Below, one piece after another: positions 57,012-64,000 of a stretch of 64,000 nucleotides of DNA; within the stretch, counting starts at the first letter, position 1; the number at the start of each line of letters is the position of its first letter. The DNA comes from Minutocellus sp. GHC0000111. Its lineage: Eukaryota. Location: assembly GCA_977018835.1 (NCBI GenBank), contig OZ361257.1:4836001-4900000 (forward strand). Direction: 5' to 3'. The notes beneath the pieces are model-generated. The model saw only the letters and a program-made list of their open reading frames with translations, was not told the origin of the DNA and searched no databases. The position numbers and the translations under genes are program-made.

Positions 57012-57429
57012 AGTTGCTTCAATTAGGCACGTGTTCTTGTTGTCAAAGTTAAGTCATGCGCTCGGTCCTCTGAGTTGATGGGTTGGTTGGGACGTTGACG
57101 TCGTCGAGTGGACTGACGAAGATCTGAGAAAAAATTCTTGCGGTGGCAAAATTTGGTCTGTCTGTCGCTATTACTTGAGAAAAGGAAGGCAACTGAGCTG
57201 AGAAGAAAAAGCTGTGAAAGAAGGAAAGAGAGAGAGAGACCACTTGACTTGGCGATGGCACTTCCTGCCCAGCTGTACTGTTGGTAAGAGTAGTCATACT
57301 AGTACTTTGTCTGTATGCACCTGCACAGTAGATAAAAGGAGCGACCCATCCTCTCTCACGAGCCCACAGGTCTGCGTCCTTATTTCATCATTGCTATAGC
57401 ACCGAAGCAGTTCCTGGCATTCCATTGCA

Positions 57430-58967
57430 ATGCCACCAGCAGCACAACCCGGCGGTGCACCTGCTGCAGCTGGTGGCCGACCAACACCAACCTACACGAT
57501 CCCAATAGTTAACCAACTCCTACGAATCTTCTGCCGATGTTGCACCACGCCCAACACCAAGTTGATAATTCGCCCACCCAATATCCTTCGACAGGGCGGA
57601 GATGGGTGCTGCGTAACCCTGGTGGACATGGGGGTGTATCTGCTGGGACCGATCCTCATCTTATTGGCGTCGGCCATCATATTTGGTCTGACCCACACCT
57701 TCTTTTATGTCATGCTGCCGATGCTGGCATCGCCGGTGGATCCACAAATAGCAAAAGAGGCGGCTGCAAAAGGGCTGGAGGAAATGCCAGTGGTGTATAC
57801 AACGGGTATCTACATGCATATGGTCTTTGTATTCTTCCTACTGGTCAATGTGCTGCACAATTATGTGCTCTGCGTGACGACGCGCAACAATGGTCCGGCA
57901 TTCGATCGGGTTGTAAGAGAATTGGCCGAGGTTACTGATTTTCAGTATCCTGAAACGGAAGAAGAAAGGGTGGAAAGCAAACGGGCGTATGAGCAAAAGA
58001 TGATTGCAAAAGGTCGAGCAAGAAGGGATATGGCTCGGCAGCGACGGCAGGAGGCCAACATGGCGGCAGCAATGACGAATCAACAGGAGATGCAGAATGG
58101 AAATGGTTCGGTCACAGCTTCGATTGATTTTGGAAATGGCGTTTCTAGTACCACAGCGCCGGCACCAAAGCCTGCACCGGCACCACCAATACCCGCCATG
58201 CCGGCTTGGATGCTCATGGGAGCAAGTGATTGGGGCTGGTGTCAGAAATCCAACCAACCCAAGCCACCACGATCGCACTTTGATCACGTTACCAAGAACC
58301 TCGTCCTAAACATGGACCACTACTGCCCCTGGATGTTCAATACCATTGAATATTTGAACTATCGATACTTTGCAACTTTTTGTTTTATGTTTGGGTTTCC
58401 ATGGTGTATGGAACAATATTGACGGCGGTGCCTTTCCGAAACATGAATGGTGTACGGGTACGAGATCAGATCAAGATGAGCAAGGAGGCTGGGTTCAAAA
58501 CAGCACAGCATATGCTGAGGATGGTACCGATACCAGAAGATCGGACTGCCCTTACGTTTGCATTCATGCTGTGTCTATCCATTGGAATTGCCATTTCTGT
58601 TCTCGGCGGCTTTCATTTGTATTTGATGCTAACGGCGCAAACAACGATTGAATTCCACGGCAACTTTGCCAAGCGACGGGGAGCGGCTCGAAGAGGATCC
58701 AAGTGGAACAATCCATATTCGGTTGGATGGAAAAATAACTTTCGGCTCGTGTATGGGGCACGGCATCCGTTGTTGGCGATATTGCCGTCCTCTCGTGAGC
58801 CACAATTCTTGCCCATACCAATCAACGGCAAGCTTGTGCGGCGGCATCGACAATCCAAAAAAGAAGAGGATGCATCTTTGGCGATACCAAAAGGTGATGC
58901 CGAACAATCGAACGGAAGCTCGGACAACCGTTTGAATCAACGAAGAGCTGGGGCATATGCTGTGTAG
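57430..58967 (+). CDS. DHHC-family palmitoyltransferase (DHYC variant), paralogue of 54556, frameshift near 58369-58381
   Basis: KPPRSH..MDHYCPWMFN..NYRYF; adding one T gives YFCNFLFYVW continuing to QTTIE and NPYSVG. Confidence 0.85.
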
Positions 58968-58993
58968 TGCCAAAACTATGTAATTAGCTATGC

Positions 58994-60331
58994 TCATGCC
59001 TTCTCTCGATTCTTTATCCGGCGTACGATTCGTTTGCCGAGCCAAGGCTTTGGTTCTTCCTCCACAGCATCATCATTTATTCTTTCATCTGCCTCGACAA
59101 TGGTGGTGTCCTCCTCTATTCCAGCCACAGCTTTGAGAGACATGCCATAGTTGACGGCAACCTCCTCATATCCTTTCGCGGCATCCATGCCCATTGCTGG
59201 TATCCTTGACCTATACTTGCCATTGAGGCGACCGTCCAGTTCTTCCTCCAAACCTCCTATCATTACGCCCAAGACTGCGTCCACGTTGTACACGCCACCG
59301 GCTGGCTTGCGCAGCTCGTTGATCACACCCATCGTCAACGATATACCAAACACAATAAATGTCAGATAGATGGACTGAACATTCAAAATGCCCATCCCAC
59401 CAAGGGTCTGCACACCAGCCCCCAACAATGGGAATGTTGACAATATCACGGCGGCCAAGCTCCACAGCAAGATCATTTGAATTTCGGGAAGCTTGCGCTG
59501 GAGGGCGCCCAATCGTTTGGCCCGGGCCTGTCGCAGTGCCCGCACGCTTTCGTACACCACGCTGGGCTCGCCCACCGACGTCAGGTACATGATGCTTTCC
59601 AAAGGATCGTCCATCGGCCGGGAACTGAGCAGCTCGGCCGGATCGGACTGCAATTGACGCAGATCCTCCTGCACGTACCGTCGAATGGCGGTAATGATGC
59701 GAGTATTAAGATCTTCTCTGCCCTGTGATACTAACGACACCTGCTCCAACAATGCCTTGGCGGCGGTAACCTCCTCAAACAATGCCAGATAAATCGCCTC
59801 GGTTTGCTGGTACATGAAGTAAAATGTCTGCCCGACGAGGATGCTGAAAGTTAGTCCACACGTGGTCAGAATATTTTGGATGTACTGGCTGGCATCGTTT
59901 GCGATGACATTGAATGCATCGGAATCGTCAATGATGCTCGCCAATTGGAGACTGGCTGGTGTGTAAAGCAGAGAAAGGGTGACGGCAATGGCAAGGGCCG
60001 GAGCACCAGTACGAAGCAGTGTGACGGTTTGCGTAAACTCTTTGAGATCAGCAGGGTTCGTCGGAAGTAATTGCGAGGATGCGTCAGCCCCATCGACCAA
60101 TTTCAGTGCCATCTTCTCCCATATTGTGCTGGCCTCCACTGCGGCGGCATCTCGGGTGTATGGGGAGGTCTTGGCCGGTCCATCAGACGACGAGGAGGTT
60201 GAAGAGCGGAGAGAGGTCGCCCTTCCTGGAGAGTGCTGGTGCGAAAACCCATAGGCAGACTCGACACTACAAAGGACACATATAAATGCGACCAGAAGCA
60301 CGGATCGCAGAGCGGACGGCACCATCCTCAT
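58994..60331 (-). CDS. Plastid-targeted membrane protein, DUF4239/bestrophin-like
   Basis: AYG|FSH presequence; GLTFSILVGQT, LRQARAKRL, INELRKPAGGVYNV. Confidence 0.65.
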   Translation of the reverse strand: MRMVPSALRSVLLVAFICVLCSVESAYGFSHQHSPGRATSLRSSTSSSSDGPAKTSPYTRDAAAVEASTIWEKMALKLVDGADASSQLLPTNPADLKEFTQTVTLLRTGAPALAIAVTLSLLYTPASLQLASIIDDSDAFNVIANDASQYIQNILTTCGLTFSILVGQTFYFMYQQTEAIYLALFEEVTAAKALLEQVSLVSQGREDLNTRIITAIRRYVQEDLRQLQSDPAELLSSRPMDDPLESIMYLTSVGEPSVVYESVRALRQARAKRLGALQRKLPEIQMILLWSLAAVILSTFPLLGAGVQTLGGMGILNVQSIYLTFIVFGISLTMGVINELRKPAGGVYNVDAVLGVMIGGLEEELDGRLNGKYRSRIPAMGMDAAKGYEEVAVNYGMSLKAVAGIEEDTTIVEADERINDDAVEEEPKPWLGKRIVRRIKNREKA

Positions 60332-60677
60332 GGAGTCCGAGCAGAATTCAAGGTAGGAAGTGCCGTCTCTGTGATGAGCAAGAACGCAAGAACTTTGCAA
60401 CTTGATTGAACGAAGGATGAGGACGCTCTGTCCGTCGTCCGCCTTTGAAATTGACTCACTCGACTCTACGTAGACTCTCGCGCTCTGCACAGCAGTGCCA
60501 AAGATAAGAGCAACGAATCGATGAGCAATTCCGAACGAATTCAGTTGCCTCTCATAATTCCCTCTGCTAGTAGTTTTACACAGATTGGTAGTCTCGCGCT
60601 CTCATTTTTGTTCTCTTTTTCAAGAGGTTTACGAATTTTGATGCCAACTCCAACGGGCTCATCTTTCGTGTCTCAGA

Positions 60678-61172
60678 TCAGATTTCGTGTTCCACGCCAG
60701 CAAGTGATACCGATAAATCCCACAACGCTCGAGCAAGGTACGTCCTGCCTCTTTCTTCAACTTTTTCATTAACTTTTGACGGTATTCCATGCAGATCAAT
60801 GATGACAGAAACACATAATACGATCAGCCCAACGTTGTCGTGCTGGTCTCCTCTGCGGGGTCGGCGCTTTCGGCAGAAGACCTCATTTCGGACGGATACC
60901 GCCTCGTGCGATGCTCTAGGATCGAAGTGCAGCAGTGGAGCGCAGTTTGCGTTACTCTGTTTGGTTCTGATCCATTTGGGTCCATTTCGATTCACAAGGG
61001 CATCGGCTTTAACCCTAACAGTTTTGACTTCTTGGGGGCCTTTGCGTCTCGTATTTACCCAAGTCGTCGGAAGAGTTATTTTTGAGCCATTTGTTTTGCT
61101 CCTCGACCGGCGCACCCATGGAGCATTAATTTGCTTCTTTTGAATAACCTTGCTTTTGGTGGGGCTATTCAT
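60678..61172 (-). CDS. Basic hypothetical protein; possibly extends past TGA 60680-60678 to 60576
   Basis: Open frame from MNSPTK; 33 open codons after the TGA; no recognisable motif. Confidence 0.35.
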   Translation of the reverse strand: MNSPTKSKVIQKKQINAPWVRRSRSKTNGSKITLPTTWVNTRRKGPQEVKTVRVKADALVNRNGPKWIRTKQSNANCAPLLHFDPRASHEAVSVRNEVFCRKRRPRRGDQHDNVGLIVLCVSVIIDLHGIPSKVNEKVEERGRTYLARALWDLSVSLAGVEHEI

Positions 61173-61583
61173 TTCTTTTTCTTGCGGCGTCTTGGAATGA
61201 GAATGTCGTGTTGGGGTGAATAGGATTGCACACAAATGTATTGGTTCCCATCATATTCGCATCTTGCCTTGCCATTTCGGTGGGCAACCAGTGTCTTGAC
61301 TCTCGGAGCTATGCCAGGCTTGATCTGCACATGCTGTTATCACGGAGTGCGGAATTGCCATTTGTGCTCCGTAGAGCTCCTTTTTGTGATACCGTCTTTT
61401 CATGGCAGGACGGCCACCGGTGGACTCTGCTGTGGTCGATACTGGAGAGCTGCGTGCTCGATCGTATGTGGAAGATGGTTGGGATAAGTTTCTGAGATCT
61501 GTTCTAGGGTAAAGGTGGGATTTGCTTGATTACCTCGGTCCATCCTTCTAACATCGTTTTATATTTACTTATATTCTCTCAAG

Positions 61584-62610
61584 ATGGCGTCTCCTCGGAA
61601 AAGCAAAAGATGCCGTACCGAAAAGCCGAGCTTGTCGACTCTTAAACATGACATTCTTGCTTTCAGTGACTATTGTGCAAAGTCAAAGCTGAAGCATATT
61701 TCTGTCGTGATACGATGCGCGTCAAAGAAAGACATTGAAGATCTGAATGGTTGGAGCCCACTTATTTACGCTATTTTACTGCGCGACGCAGGAAATAGAG
61801 GGACTCCGTCTCATCGCGCTATCTTGGATGCTCTACTTATCGACGTGATCGATGCATGCGATCAAAAAGGAATTTCCTTGAATGCAGGGGACCGATCTAC
61901 CGCAACGGGGGGGATTTTGGAGCGACCGCTGGTTTTAGCTGCCAATTTTGGGAATCATAAGGTGGTTCAGAAACTACTTGAGCTTGGAGCTTCACCAGAT
62001 TGCATGAATGGTGAAGGTAAGACGGTATTGCATACTTGTCTTGATAATCCGTCATCCCTGAAAAGCCTCCGCGATGACGATCGAGCCACCTTTGCAGTTC
62101 TTGCTGCATCTTCTTGCATTACAAAGAACTTTGGCGATTACAAATCCAGTGCCCCTGGATCGAAGATTTTCATAGCAGGGAGCGACATGTCATTTGGGAC
62201 GCCACTGCTGAGATCAATCCGATTTCACAACAATGATTCCTTTCGGCTTCTAGCAGATTTTGGAGCATTCTTGACAGATGGAGACATTTTGCTTGTGACA
62301 AGGAGAAAGCTCTTGCGTAGACTGAGCAAGATGATCGACAGTTATTATGAATCAATTGGGCAGGGTGTTAAAAATATAGACACGTGGTCGGAGGCGTTGG
62401 ATTGGTCATTTCCGCCTACGTGGAAAAATGTTGTTCGACTGAGCGGATTTTGTGGTCTACCAGAAGGTGTATTCAAGTCGCACCCTGGTTCCTTTCTTGC
62501 CACGCCACTGGTTTTGCACCCCCGCTCAGCTGGCTGGTGAAAGCACCCCTTCCAGAGTCCTTGCTTCCATGGGTGAATTGGAGCTAAGATATCGCAATCA
62601 GCATGTATGA
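61584..62610 (+). CDS. Ankyrin-repeat protein; probable +1 frameshift at CCC 62483-62485
   Basis: GWSPLIYA, PLVLAANFGNHKVVQKLLELGASPD, GKTVLH, GTPLL; removing one C gives HLVPFLPRHWF...* at 62610. Confidence 0.75.
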
Positions 62611-62680
62611 TAATCATTTCTGTATTAGCAATAATAGTATTCAATTAGCCCTGTAAAGTAAAGATAGCTTATGATTCCGC

Positions 62681-63589
62681 TTAAGTTACCGATATCAGCT
62701 TAAAATCCTCTTCGTTGCCCGGAAATGGGAGGACTTCTGCATCCAATCCATTCTTTGCCGCTTCCTCGACAAACTTATCTCTATTCTCGCGATTGGATGG
62801 GTCCACAATGAGAGCTCTGCCAATTATTTCCTCGCCATCTTCTCCAACATAACTGATAGCTTCCTCGGCTACCAATAGATACGATAGTAGCTTCGCAAGG
62901 TGCACAGCTGCGTCTGCGTCATACAAAACGTCCGATGCGCACGCAAAGTCGAATTCTCCTCTGGCCTTGGGCCAAGTTGATGGATCTGACCAATCCAACT
63001 TGAGTCGATCCACGGACTTGATGGATGGTTTGGGCATTACTTCAATCTGTTCTGTACATGACCTAATTGCAAGCCTCAAGACCTCTTCATCGATGTCACT
63101 TACTGCCAACTTGGACGGCTTTCCCAAGAGAATCGCCAACGAAGCCAGCCCCAAACCCGACCCTACGTCGATACATTTTCTCCCAGCAACGAAACTCGGA
63201 CAGTTGGCAATTAATCGAGCAAGCTGTAGCGACGAGGGCCAGACAACGTCTCCTCGACCGCGTAGCTCCCCATACTTGTCGAGGAGTGCCGCTCTCGCCG
63301 ATGAGCCGGCGGATGCCGACGCTAATTTCTTCATGTCCTTTTTGTTGATTTGGTCTGGCGCCAGCTGATCAGGCGGGACGTTAATGTAGACCGTCTTGGC
63401 TGGGCCCAGGATAATCTCCTGAAGCTCTGGTTGGTTGGACGGTGGCGGTGCCACCTTTGTGGGAGCGGCACCGAAGCCCCCTCCGCCGCTCTTTTTCGCT
63501 GGTGCTCTATTCCTCTTTCCGCCCTTCTTGGCGGCAAAACCACTGCAGTCGGGGGTAAGCAGCAATAATATTATGGTAGAGAGGCGCAT
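62681..63589 (-). CDS. Plastid-targeted protein methyltransferase, Methyltransf_16 (METTL21-like) family
   Basis: CSG|FAA presequence; VVWPSSLQLA, IDVGSGLGL, LDW, CASDVLYD. Confidence 0.85.
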   Translation of the reverse strand: MRLSTIILLLLTPDCSGFAAKKGGKRNRAPAKKSGGGGFGAAPTKVAPPPSNQPELQEIILGPAKTVYINVPPDQLAPDQINKKDMKKLASASAGSSARAALLDKYGELRGRGDVVWPSSLQLARLIANCPSFVAGRKCIDVGSGLGLASLAILLGKPSKLAVSDIDEEVLRLAIRSCTEQIEVMPKPSIKSVDRLKLDWSDPSTWPKARGEFDFACASDVLYDADAAVHLAKLLSYLLVAEEAISYVGEDGEEIIGRALIVDPSNRENRDKFVEEAAKNGLDAEVLPFPGNEEDFKLISVT

Positions 63590-63845
63590 GGCTGTGATTT
63601 ATTGCGTTTGGGGACACCAGATACCCAAACGTTGCAAAGTCTGCAAGTTGCGGAAGCGCCACTGCTCTGCTGCTGCTGCGGCATGGAGCAAATCGCCGTA
63701 CGACGGAAAGACATAAATCTTTTGGTATGGATCTTTCGTTGTCAGCCACCACCGGCCGAGCCTGATCTCAAGTGCAATTGGCTTCATCCCACGCCGTCGA
63801 GCAATAGTTGGTAGATTGCTTGAAACTCGACTGGTCGTTCCACGG

Positions 63846-64000
63846 TTATGACAACTCTCTCAAACAGGTCGTGTAATCATCCCTTGTTCTCAAGAGATCT
63901 ACCACATTAGATCGGTCACACCATTCTTTTGCCCTACTCTCGCAGCTCTTGATTCCTAACATGTTGTCACCACTTCGTCGAAGCAAACGCTCTCGGCCAA
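63846..64000 (-). CDS. Possible 3' end of a gene entering from the right edge
   Basis: Open frame ...ESRAKEWCDRSNVVDLLRTRDDYTTCLRELS* ending at TAA 63848-63846; no motif. Confidence 0.25.
   Translation of the reverse strand, partial: GRERLLRRSGDNMLGIKSCESRAKEWCDRSNVVDLLRTRDDYTTCLRELS

Noticed and set aside
61008..61020. Isolated AACCCTAAC words (also near 20444)
   Set aside because: Fewer than two full units, inside reading frames, and expected by chance.
17346..64000. Transposase, reverse transcriptase, viral, rRNA or tRNA genes
   Set aside because: No such motifs recognised by eye, so nothing in this window encodes machinery that could mobilise the satellite block.

Overview
Eukaryotic nuclear DNA, very probably from a diatom or close stramenopile: many bipartite plastid-targeting presequences of the ASAF type, dense genes with few short GT-AG introns, and TTAGGG repeats. 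Bases 1-16216 are a tandem satellite of about 85 monomers (about 187-194 bp, G/T-rich on the + strand) arranged as higher-order repeats, and it runs off the left edge. About 2.7 copies of a diverged relative with an exact 190-bp period follow (16217-16722), then (TTAGGG)3TTA (16723-16743). This block abuts a plastid-targeted NTF2/SnoaL-like gene on the - strand exactly at an in-frame CAG|GT, and the telomeric repeat points the wrong way for a healed chromosome end. The block is therefore either a giant (>16.7 kb) satellite-filled intron that opens with telomeric repeats, or a subtelomere plus telomere stub fused into a broken gene; a misassembly is not excluded. Bases 17.3-64 kb hold about 33 genes, including ABA4-like, IBA57, FMO, BASS, IMPase, MIC10, VPS28, PhoD, SWEET, two DHYC palmitoyltransferases, three paralogues with tandem SAP/HeH-like repeats and several methyltransferases. 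About 8-10 of them carry frameshifts, in-frame stops or truncations, although the satellite copies look near error-free. All product calls come from motifs recognised by eye; no database search was run.
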